A stretch of DNA of 64,000 nt from Phoronis australis (lineage: Eukaryota; Animalia; Phoronida), in contig NMRA01000326.1 in NCBI GenBank assembly GCA_002633005.1, positions 233,215-297,214 of the forward strand. The letters are read 5' to 3'. Shown here one piece after another: positions 53,066 through 64,000 of this stretch. A model generated the notes under the pieces. The model searched no databases. It worked only from the letters and a program-made list of their open reading frames with translations, and was not told the DNA's origin. Numbering within the stretch: the stretch's first letter is position 1; each line of letters begins with the position of its first letter. A program made the translations under genes and the position numbers.

Positions 53066-53832
53066 GATGTTCCGTTATTAGTTACTCCTCGACTTCACAG
53101 CCAGTTCAGCGATTTCTCTCAATTTCATTTTGGAAATCTGAAAATAAAGAAGCAAGCGCAAATGTCTCAGTAGTCACGTTCACGGGTTCCAGATTTTCAA
53201 AAATAAGTTCCCACAGGATAACGGACATCAAACTGGTTCTAAAAGTCCCCGACCCCTTTAAGTGAATGTGCAGTAAACGGCAACACTAAATGCAATACTG
53301 GCACGATGTATGGACAGCACAGTAATCCGTTCTTAATAAGCAGTACTGTTATTTGTGCCGTCTTTTATGGAGAACAATACGGAATAAAAATAATCTGTGA
53401 AAACAGCTTGGGCATTTATCACAAATGGAGTAGCGTGTACACTATTAGTTATTCATGTCAGGAGCTATTTTAACGTAGTGGCGTGCAAAACGAACACCCA
53501 CTCGAGGAAATTTCTCCATAAAGATAAATTTGTCAGGAAGACACATATCGAGTGGCAACAGTAAAAAAACGTATGAAAAGGGGAATTAAACCTAAAATAT
53601 TTCTTGAATGCAGAGTGTTCCTGAACCTAAAGTTCTTTGAACCTACAGTGGCTTTTGAACCAAGACTGCTCCTTAAACTTTGAGTGTTATTTGAATCTAC
53701 AGCCTTCTTGGAACCTATGTGCGTTATTTGAACCTATAGTTTTCTTTTTCGTCAAAATAAACTTATCAGCTTAATTCGGAAGAATGGAAACGTTTGAAAA
53801 AATATCTACGTTGACATTACTAGTGAGGTAGT

Positions 53833-54120
53833 TTGGCGTGGTCGGTACGTCTGAAGAGCAGTATTGGAAGGTGCCACTGGTCTAGCTTGGCGTGTTCGGT
53901 ACGTCTGAAGAGCAGTACTGGAAGGTTCCACTGGTTTAGCTTGGCGTGGTCGGTACGTCTGAAGAGCAGTACNTTGGCGTGGTCGGTACGTCTGAAGAGC
54001 AGTACTTGAAGGTGCCACTGGTCTAGCTTGGCGTGGTCGGTACGTCTGAAGAGCAGTATTGGAAGGTGCCACTGGTCTAGCTTGGCGTGGTCGGTACGTC
54101 TGAAGAGCAGTACTAGAAGG
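53833..54120. repeat. 54-bp minisatellite spanning an N (array probably collapsed in the assembly)
   Basis: TTGGCGTGGTCGGTACGTCTGAAGAGCAGTAYTGGAAGGTGCCACTGGTCTAGC repeated; N at 53973. Confidence 0.92.
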
Positions 54121-55516
54121 ACAACTGATCATACTTTACAGAGCCGAATCAAATTGTTGACAGTTTAAACAGTGGCAACAACAAATTCCGGGTGTATTAG
54201 AGAGTTCGGTTTAAGTAAAAAAGTGTCAAACTGTGTATGATCAAAGACGCGGGTCAGTACCAGCTTCATCCACCCTCAAGTACTTTGCTCAGAAGAAAAA
54301 GAACTAGAAAGAGTTCAATTGTAACAGTAGTGGCGTCGAAAACGTTAATTGGAGGTAAATGTACGTAAGTTTGCGAATGAATAGATGAATGCTTTTTCGT
54401 TTATTTTGCTACAGAAAGCTTTATGTGTGTTCACAAGCTTTAGATCTTGCACAGTGGATTGATATATGTTTACATTTATATGTAGTTAACATACTTGGAT
54501 TCTGGTAAATTCCCAGTAGGCCTACATTGTACGTGTGAACATTTGCTAATGCTGTAACTACAGCTAGTGTTCCTTAGTCACCGACAGATGCAACTGTAGT
54601 TTCCAGTAATTGACGGCTCCAAACTTACATGTCCGACTACCACACTTTACGGAAGCCGTGAAGCAACTGTCACTGACGCAAAATAGCAAACAAACGAAAA
54701 TGTCTCATTAGGCATTGGTTGTCGACAAATTACTGGGTATCGACTGTTGCAGACATTTTAAAGTACACCTGTACGGCTACTGCTTAAAACTACGACCTAT
54801 TCCTGCAACTGTGAATTTTAAAACTTTAAGAGGACTAAAGTTCATACTTCGATATTATTATCGATAGTTACAAAATGAAAGCTGGTCATCGGAACTTACG
54901 TTATTTAAACAATGCACTTTGAACTCGCGAGCGTTGGCTTCTATTTTGTTTTAATCTGAAGAAGGACAAGAATTAATAACAATCTAATGTAATGAGAAGA
55001 CTGAGATACATGACCGTGAACAAATTGTAAAAGTGCGCATTCGAAATGTTTGTTTTCAAAACGCTAGCTTTAGATTTAAAGAACTAAGCATTGTTATCAG
55101 AGTCCCAGGCTGTACTTAACTAAGATCAGGATTTCTGGAGTTGGAAAGAACAGCCTTATCGAGCATCATAATGACTGAGTCAGAGTTTGTACATTATTTC
55201 ATACGCATAACACAAGCCACTGTTAGCATACCCGGATTATGAAGCTAAGGGCCCACTCAAATTAAAAGGTACGCCTTGTACATACAGAGATCCCTCCTAA
55301 ATTTCTTGTAGAAGTTGTAGCAGAAAAGGGTGGCTCGAATTCGTGCCGACTATTGGAGGGGAAGGGGGGGGGGGAACTGAAAACTGGGATGACCGACCAA
55401 GGGAAAAGAGACAGCTCAATTTACCAGCCTGAGGATCTCTTGACACTGCCTCTTAGTAGATGCTGCTTAGTGGGTTTACGATGCATGGTGTTTGTCTTGC
55501 CAATGAAGTAGACCTG

Positions 55517-55897
55517 GCTCTGTTTCATAAAGTGTGACGTCAGACTTAAACATAGATTTGGTCTTACGCTCCCACTTGACGCAGTTGCCAAATAAAGGTT
55601 TAGTCATGTTATTTTTAATGTTTATTACGGAATCTTCAGAATACAATGAATATACATGTACATAACCCTGAAAGCGCCAAGAGGCATTAGATCTGGGTTA
55701 AGTCATGTTATTATAAGCTAATCACTGTATATGATTTGTACCAATGTTCTTAGTAATCAGCAATCATGGTTACCTTTTCAGAAATTTTATTATTTTGATA
55801 AACTCAATATAATTAATTTTTTTCAGAAAAAGTTTTGTAGCGCGTACGACTAAATCAAATCTCTAAACTTTTAAGTCACTTTTCATGAATCAGACCT
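55517..55897. mobile_element. Probable Harbinger-type MITE
   Basis: Imperfect TIR (TCTG.TTCAT.AA..GTGAC) with CTG on both flanks. Confidence 0.45.
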
Positions 55898-57319
55898 CTG
55901 GTAAAGAAAGGAGAGTGTCTACCAAGGTGCCGCTCAAGTGCACTTCGATTGGACGAATTATCCAGAGTCTGGGTACGAGGGGCATATTTCACTGAGGTTT
56001 GGGGACGGGAGACGCATAAACGAAATCTTTAATTTTCATCCCCGGTTTTATAATTCTCAGGAAATCAGTGCTGAAGTTAAAGCGAGGAAAGTAGAGTTTC
56101 TCACGAGGCCCTCCCGTATACAGATATCTCAAAAATCTTACACATTAAGTGAATACTTATGCACACAGCAAACCGGAAGCTGCCTTTGGTGGTTTTCCCA
56201 TGCAACAAATCCCAATTCCGATTTCTGATATCGTAGCATTCTCAGCCACATTATTATTGCGACTGACAAAAATATTCAAATAAACTAAACCTTGGTACTG
56301 AAACTGAACATGATGATGTGCAACAGAATACCGCCACAAAGAACATATCTGAAAGATACGCAGCTCAAAATTATCTATATAATATCTTCACTGTACTTAC
56401 ATCACGCAGCCAACCATTAATTCGTCTACGAAGTCGTTCGCTACTCCAACAACCTATTAAAAGAACAAGAAGTGAGAATGCACTACATTTCATTTCAGAA
56501 GAACGACCGGTGTATATCTACCGTACCAAAGTTAGATCACTTAGTACTTAAGCGTCATTTGGGTAATTACTTACTCTAGGGCAATTCAGGCCATTACGCA
56601 CTCAAGCGTAGCAGGTTTTTGACACACATGTACGGTGAATAAGAATCATTGGAAAAGATCAATACCAGATAACTAAATTTACTTATGTGCGATTACAGTC
56701 ACACAGGTATTGAGAAATGGTCAAAGAACTGCACAGGAAACTATAAGGACAAAGTTTGAGATATTTCCAGAAGGTACGTACATAACTGCAGCCCGTTTTG
56801 GCAGTGTCATACAAAATCAAAGCTGTCACCTTTAATTGTACAGTATTTTTTCGACGAACCTGTTATACACACTCGCTTAGCATTTTGTTTCTCATTGGTG
56901 TGGGGATAGTGAAGTACTTCGCATCACGCGTCCACAGGTATTTTGTCCAGTTAGTCAAGCTTTCTCACGCTGGAGTAGCATCCGACAACACAACAGTAAA
57001 ATGATGTTAGCATTGGAAGGATGAATAGAGTAATGCCTCTGAGAAAACTTGAAAAAGAATCAGACAACAACAAAGAATATGTGGAGCTTCACTGGCACGA
57101 AAAAGAGACAGAAAATGAGCTTGACGGAAGCTTGTGGGTAAATACAGCGAGACTGGAGTGTCGCTGAATAATCCGGTAAGGTCCATTCGTGGAAGCGATC
57201 TAGGTAACTAAGTCACAAATGGGTAAGAGGGGTATCATTTGCCTCGGCCCACTTGAAAACAACCAAGTTCATTGATAATATGCAAATAGAAAAACACTCC
57301 ATTTGAAAGATATTCCTAC

Positions 57320-60062
57320 CCTGTCATGAACCAACCATCTTGGAATGCATTTTTTGTCAACTCGGGCTCTAGCCAGTTACTGTGGAACATACCCCTGCCC
57401 TTACATAGTATCTCACCAGATGTATGTACATGTACAACTTGACCATATTCGTCGACTATCTTTACCTTTGGGATAAACAATATGTTGACAGGAGGTAAGT
57501 GTGTAAAGTAAGCATTTAATGACTTCTTTATATACCTCAAAATCTTCAGTTTTATCTCTTGCAATTTCTATGAATTTCAAAAAGAAGAAAAGGTTCTATT
57601 AAGTGCAGATAGTCCTCTCATTGGTTTCCCAAAGACCAGAAGCCTGATGGGACACACACCCACATGGATCATATCCTGAGGGATTTAGGCACAACTGTAC
57701 GCACACCAGGGGAGCGTTTCATGAAAAGTGTTTTTAGACTTAAGACCAAAGTAACTAAAAGTTAACACCAAAAACGAATACGTATTCAGAAAAGACCGTT
57801 TCATGAGCGCAAAGTCGGCCTGACGTAGACATAAATTAAAAAGACACTAAACCCAGTTGTCATGATTACAACCAATCCTCGTTCTGTCACCTGCTGATGC
57901 ATCGTTGGCGTCAATGCTGAAAGACAAAAGCAGGAATTAATGGCTTTTTCACACACTTGACGTGTAATTCTCTAAAAGCTTAGGTCACGCGTGCCCGTTT
58001 AGCAGAATTTGAAAGAAGTTTTCAAATTTTCGTCGAAACGTTTGAGGTTTGCCTATGGTTACAAAACATTATTTTTCAAGGGACTAGATGAGAAAGTCTC
58101 TTTTAATTTCTGTTAATAGACCAAAACCAGGTTTGGTATCCTTTCAAAAGGATACAAACTTCGCTTTCACCACCTATCACTAATTTCCCAAACTATAAGC
58201 GATTAAGCGCGTAGAATACCGTTTCAAGAATAGTTTTTGTCTTGAAACTTTAAATAGTGATTTATTTTGAACATTTTGATTGAAATGGGGGCCTTGTTTA
58301 CTTGCAAAAACAGTGCTATGGATGGAAAGGGTCATTTCACATTTGGAGGTAAGCCGCACATGCATTATCTCTACGGTGCTTAGCTGGATCTCGAATCGGA
58401 ATCAGATCTTTAATTTTTTGACATTGTTTAGAGACACTAGATTGAAACATATTGCGAAAATATTATCGAAGTTGTTCCTCAAAAGTTTACAGCGTTGATA
58501 ATTGTAAATATGGGTCATTAAGACCAAAAGTCCAATCTTAACCTACTCCGTAGTAGGCTAACGCGAGGTCTTAGCTTAGCGAAATTTCCGTGTTTGCCTT
58601 AAGAAATAGAAAAAAAAAACGGGACGAAGCCTTTTGTTTCAGTCAGCCCAAGTTCAGTCCAAGTGGAGACAGAAGTTTCAGAACCATGACACTGGCCTCA
58701 AGATGATAAAGAAAAAAACTGATGCTCCATTGTTAACGCACTAATGCGGGGTCTAATTAGCCTTGTCTTTACAAAGATAAATTCAAGTAAGAAATGCTTA
58801 CATCTCCCAAATCCGAACAAGAAAGAGTCTAGCACTTGTATTGTCCTATAACTCGGACCTACAGGTCATACAAATCATGCAGATTTCAAGATGTCCTCGA
58901 ATTCCCCATGTCAAGGTTGCTCTGTAATTTTTCAATATTTTCCCTGTTGCTTATCAAAGTAATTACGCCAACATGTGCCCTGATTATATTAGACCTGGTG
59001 GGTTCTGAAAAACGTGTGGATGTGAATCTCAGGCGCTTACAAATATAATTGCACTCTTTTTTGGTCCAACTCGATATCTTTTAAAACTGATGGATATTGG
59101 ATTAAAAGACATAGTTGCACGTGATTTCAACGGTAATTAGGTACCTACGGGGAAATCCACGCGAAATTCATAGGCAAAAAAATCATCCGCACTTGCCACC
59201 ATCTGGAGACGAGTGGTACCCCGCTATTCTAGATTTGCCGCTAAGTCGTATTTGAGATTCATTCAAGAAAAAAATTGGAAAGGAAGGTCGTCTATTTCAT
59301 TAGGACAAGCGTGTTTGGCTGGGAATACTAATGAAAACAGCAAACATTACAATGGAAGGCAATATCAGAACAATTAAGTACAATTGATATACGATAGGAC
59401 GTTCTCACAGTTGGTGAAAGTGATGAAAATAAATTTCGACATAACAGGGAAAATCTAAAACCGCCGGACATCAGCGTCAGTCGGTGGCGAAGATCGAATA
59501 CCCAGCCCAGGTGAAGACCGACGGCTGTTTTAGCAGGCAAAGCTCATCCATTATCTCCGATGGTTGTGACAAACAAACTATTATCAAGTGATGCCTAAAA
59601 TCCTGAAATTTGCACACAACTGTTAAGTAAGCAGATTTCCAGTTTTTACCGAGGTCTTCGGCGACTTCCAACAGCAAGAGACTAACTATTTGATAGAATA
59701 GAATACGAACTGCTGACGAAATTTAGTCGAGAAAACTACCGCAGCCCAACCACCGGGCCGCAGAGAACACAGCTCCGCATACCTAAATTCGAGTGACCAA
59801 CAGATTAAAAATACTGCGTCATGCCCTGAACCCCTAGAATAATTTCCCATTGCCCACTTTCATGTTACAAATCACTACACTCCTCCCTAAGCAGGACATG
59901 GCCGGTTTCGCTGAAAACGCGAATTTACCATGTTCACAATCAACCATGACTAACCTCGTAAAAAGGAAGTGGGTGTCCAATGGTTTCCAAACGTCTGGTC
60001 CTGCTAGAATAATATGAAGTTGTGCAGGCAACAGCACTTGCCTCCGTTTCTCCATTTGTATG
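57320..60062 (-). pseudogene. Two exons (59955..60062 and 57320..57465) of an acyl-CoA synthetase / AMP-binding (ACSF2/4CL/luciferase-like) gene; downstream exons not found
   Basis: Spliced in phase 0: HTNGETEASAVACTTSYYSSRTRRLETIGHPLPFYE|VKIVDEYGQVVHVHTSGEILCKGRGMFHSNWLEPELTKNAFQDGWFMTG. This matches the ANL motifs (Y)GxTE, GxPLPxxEVKIVD, GEIxxKG and GWFxTG; canonical AG/GT borders. Confidence 0.75.
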
Positions 60063-60489
60063 CTGTGAACAAATCTGAATTGACAACTCTTGTGAATGGT
60101 CAAGACGAGGAGGAGGGACCAAAGAATAACTAGAGGAACCGGAAAGGTAGCAATCAGGCATCTAAGGGCTGACATTTATAAATATTGCGGTTAAGTTGCC
60201 TGAAACTCCCAATCCCTAAACGAGCACGTGCCTGTATGCCATTCAGTAAACAACATACTATACTTTCAAACCTGCCATGGCTGTTCAAAAATACCAGATT
60301 TCTATTTATCTAATGACACAAGACTCATTTTACATAACGCCTTCAATATGGACAGCATCTAGAAAATTCGAATAATGGAAGTATGGAAATTAGACAGTCA
60401 GACATTACTAACAAGATTCGTAATGCAATTTGCTCAGTAAAGTTAACGGCTTGGTAACGAAGTCAAAATGTACGAGGCGCAACCCGAAT

Positions 60490-61504
60490 CAGTGACGGAT
60501 CTAGGATATCACAAAGGGGGGGCCCAACATTTTGTCCGGCTGTAAACATTTGCGCAAACTGAACCACGATTGTAGATGCGCATAGCACCGAATGGGGGGA
60601 GGTCGGGAGGGGGGTTTGCCTCTCCCGCCCAGGAAATTTTTCTGTTTTTACCTCTAAAAATCAAGTATTTTCCTTGATTCCTGAAGTATTATCCAAGAAA
60701 AAAAGGCAAAAAAAAAAAAAACACGGAGAACGTGTCACACAGGAAAAACTGCAAGTACCAAAGACTCGAACTCACGACCTTGCGCATACAGCGCGCGTGC
60801 GTTATCACTACACCACCACGATTTCACTACTAATCTCATACTAAGAGACCTACTTGTTTATGTTCCAAAGCGTTTGCGCGCGAAACCTACTTCTTTTTGT
60901 AATGCTTTTTACACGTTTTGTGCCATCGATTCTTAACGAATTTGTCGTATTTAAAATAGTCTTCAAATGCCCAAAAGACTAAATCCGTTTTTCGTGTTGG
61001 CAATAATGACGGGATTGCTTTGGAAATCGTCTTAACATAAGGTTTGACAAAGAGAGTATTGCGAGTTTCTGAGTGATTCACTAAGGCTTCGATTAAAAAG
61101 CCCATCTTACCAGCAGCTTCTGTTTTTTCATCGTCACTCAGGTTTCATCTTCTTTAAAAATCAAGTAAATTTTCTTCATTGCACAGTGGAGCAGACGACG
61201 GAAACTGAGTCGTAGTGCGCAGCGCCACTGCCGGTCGCCTGGGATATCGCGGGAGAGCCTATACTTAACCATAGTTCCGTTACGAATGCGCCGTGTTCCG
61301 AATTTGACACTTGAAATTGGATTTGAGCTCCCCTCCCCCCAACACTAAAACTGCACACATTTAAATCTTTTTTCATCCGTATAATTTTAATTACCGGGGT
61401 TAAGTAATAAACTCAACATTTCCCTACGCTCTTACTGTTTTATTTTTTGCGGCAGCCAAGGAGGGGGGGGGGCGGGCCCCCTGCGCCCCCTAAATCCGCC
61501 TATG
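60490..61504 (+). mobile_element. Long hAT5-like non-autonomous element, copy 2 (complete)
   Basis: Termini CAGTGACGGATCTAG...CTAAATCCGCCTATG; 5-bp TSD CGAAT on both sides. Confidence 0.85.
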
Positions 61505-61509
61505 CGAAT

Positions 61510-62410
61510 ATCGGTACGATCATGGAGTGTCGTGCACTTTATGTAGGTACGATCATGGCATGTCGTGCAATGTATATCGGTATGGCCATGGGATGTCGTG
61601 CAATACATACCGGTACGATCAAGTGATGTCGTGCAATGAATGTAGGCTAGGTACGGTCATCTGAAGTCGTGCAATACATACCGGTATGATCAAGGCATTC
61701 GTGCAAAGTATACTGGTACGATCAACGGACGTCGTGTATATACTGGTACGATCGACGGATGTCGTGCAATATATACTGGTATGATCAACGGACATCGCGC
61801 AACATATGCTGGTACGATCAAGGGATGTGCGCTGTATGCACATGTATCATGGGATGTTGTGCAATATATACCGGTACGGTCAAGGGATGTCGTGCAATAT
61901 ATACTGGTACGATCACCGGATGTCGTGCAGTATATACTGGTGCGATCAACGGATGTCGTGCAATAAATAGGCCTACCGGTACAATCAACGGACGCCGTGC
62001 AATATATGCAGGTACGATCAAGGGATGTGCACTGTATGTATATACGATCATGGGATGTTTTGTAATATATACCGGTACGATGTCGTGTATATTATATTGG
62101 TACGATAATCGTAAGTCGTGCAATATATATCAGTACGATCACTGGATGTCATGCAATGCACGTAGGTACGATCATGGGATGTTGTGCAATGTATTTAGGT
62201 ACGATCATGAAATGTCGTGCAATATAAACCGGTACAATCATGAGATGTCGCGCAATATGTGTAGGTAAGGTCATAGGATGCCAGGCAATGCATATCGGTT
62301 CGATCATGGGTTGTCATGCATTGTATGTAGGTACGACCATGGGATGCTGTGCAATGTAAATCGATACGACCGTTGGAAACTATGTAACGTATATCGGTAA
62401 GATCAAGCAA
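61510..62410. repeat. Degenerate ~33-bp minisatellite (GGTACGATCATGGGATGTCGTGCAATATATACC), roughly 27 units
   Basis: Regular recurrence of GGTACGATC and TGTCGTGCAAT. Confidence 0.9.
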
Positions 62411-62419
62411 TGTCAAAAC

Positions 62420-62836
62420 CATGAAAATTTTGAGACATCCAGTTGAGGAAACAAATCAAGTTTGAGCCTAATACTGGAATAAAAACTTACAAAAATTAGC
62501 GACGTTACGTCCTTATCTCACGGACCTCAGCTTGGCTTGTGACGTTATCGTTATTGTGGCCAATTGGTGGTGTTTTGACCAGACATCGCGGCATTGACGT
62601 CAGAACATCATCCCATACGTGTGACAAATCGAATCTTAAACCGCCTCATTTAAAGAGGGTTTCTCAATGCGCTCATGGAGAGCTTCCTTTACGCCCCTTC
62701 TGAACCAGTCTTCCCCAAAGCCTAGGATAGTGACATCATCCGTATTAAAATTATGTCCAGTGGCACACAGGTGGCTAAAAATAGACGAATTATAAGTGAC
62801 CCCGTAACTAGGACGACGATGTTGTGACATACGCAT
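62420..62836 (-). mobile_element. Penelope-like retroelement 3' end (GIY-YIG endonuclease C-terminus plus 3' UTR)
   Basis: RMSQHRRPS...SSIFSHLCATGHNF...VTILG..DWFRRGVKEALH...PSLN, followed by a hammerhead-like motif. Confidence 0.85.
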
Positions 62837-63004
62837 TTTTATGGACTGTTTCGTTTCACCAATGTAACTGTCTGAGCACTGGGAATCCTTACACTGGACA
62901 CATTTTCAAAAAATCCAATTTGACCTCGAATATTTTTCAAATTGCACAGGAGTTGTCATCAACTGTTTCCTTACGCAATATTCTACTTATCCATACCAAA
63001 TATA

Positions 63005-63275
63005 TACACAAAACGTACCGAGCGTGGCGTATATGAAATAGTATCCCACGAGACATTATTCCACGTATCGACCGAGACCGAGGTACGTATTGTACTTATC
63101 CCATACGCATCGAATTCGTGAGTTTCTTTTGTTTTCTTTCCGCATTTTATGAATATTTCACCCTGACTGTTTACGTGGCTAATCACAACCTGTTGTGTAT
63201 GTACGTGCGCGTTACGTTGCTAACTTACTATAGTTGAAGAAAACAGTTCTAAATATGACGGTTTATTACTTGAAA
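63005..63275 (+). mobile_element. Repeat family B, copy 3 (partial)
   Basis: CAAAACGTACCGAGCGTGGCGTA...GACATTATTCC matches 20066 onward. Confidence 0.7.
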
Positions 63276-63686
63276 TTAATAAAATGTGTGAAAACGATAG
63301 TTATCGTGCGTTGAACTTGTATCATATTTCGAAAATAAATAAACGAGATGGTAATAGCAGCTAGGGGTAATAGCAGCTAGTGGGAAACGCTTAGGGGAAA
63401 TAGCTACACCTAAGAGTGAACCAATGGAGTGTTCATCGCAAGACACAGAAATACTTCTTGAAGAGACCGTGTTCAAAGCTTCAAGCAGAACTTATGTCAC
63501 CTGTCAGATTTTAGTAGGCGATTAAGGTGTGTGGCTGTTGGATTCTTCCCAGACAGTAAAAATTTCTTTCCAGACCATTTGACCCTGCCGTAACACAAAA
63601 TGTGGTAATCAGATATTCTTCAGTTTAAAGTGAAAACTAAGAATGCATTTAAAATATATTGTATAGTACACAAAGTATAGAGATGT

Positions 63687-63849
63687 CAGTGGCAGATTTA
63701 GAGGGGAGCCAAGGGGCCATGGCCCTTCCCCCATAAAATTCTCCCAGCTTCCATTTGGCAGTTTGGGGGTGCGAATGTCTGAAGGGCAAAATTCTGGCTA
63801 ATACTCTATTTGCCGTGCCCCCCAACTCAAAATCCTGGATTCGCCACTG
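63687..63849. mobile_element. hAT5-like MITE (short subfamily)
   Basis: CAGTGGCAGATTTAG...GGATTCGCCACTG; TSD GATGT. Confidence 0.87.
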
Positions 63850-64000
63850 GATGTATTTGCAAAAGTTGCACCTTGAATCCAAATAGGGGGCCATCATATA
63901 AATATACACGCATATATACACATGCACTCTTACACACACACATACACGAACACATACATACATAAACATTTTTACATACATACATATGCACGAACTTTAA

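Noticed and set aside
61510-62410. Regular ~33-bp periodicity as a CRISPR array, or the 169-aa ORF 61759-62268 as a gene
   Set aside because: Units are head-to-tail with no unique spacers, there are no cas genes and the context is eukaryotic; the ORFs result from a unit length divisible by three.

Overview
AT-rich, repeat-dense eukaryotic DNA, most likely a marine invertebrate judging by its transposon repertoire; the species cannot be determined from sequence alone. There is one complete protein-coding gene: an 8-exon DEG/ENaC channel of the ASIC/BASIC-like type (+ strand, 41226-52228, 509 aa). It has three notable features: Thr at the degenerin (DEG) site, no ASIC His73 equivalent, and no CxFxGxxC disulfide pair. 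Two orphan exons of an acyl-CoA synthetase/AMP-binding enzyme lie on the - strand (57320-60062). The rest is mostly transposon-derived. A nested stack at 7-19 kb has Harbinger-type TIRs around a THAP remnant and a 7-kb MULE-like element carrying a palindromic ~170-bp satellite. Other elements are several THAP-bearing Kolobok and ISL2EU derivatives (one with an LTR+tRNA-Lys PBS insert), a hAT5-like MITE family with 5-bp TSDs, a Polinton/adintovirus-type protein-primed PolB relic, a Penelope GIY-YIG relic with a decayed hammerhead, and several mini/microsatellites. Single Ns at 3499 and 53973 mark probable assembly joins. I found no convincing wholly new multi-gene system; the best leads are the channel's gating substitutions and the nested TE architecture. 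All coordinates and alignments were worked out by eye.
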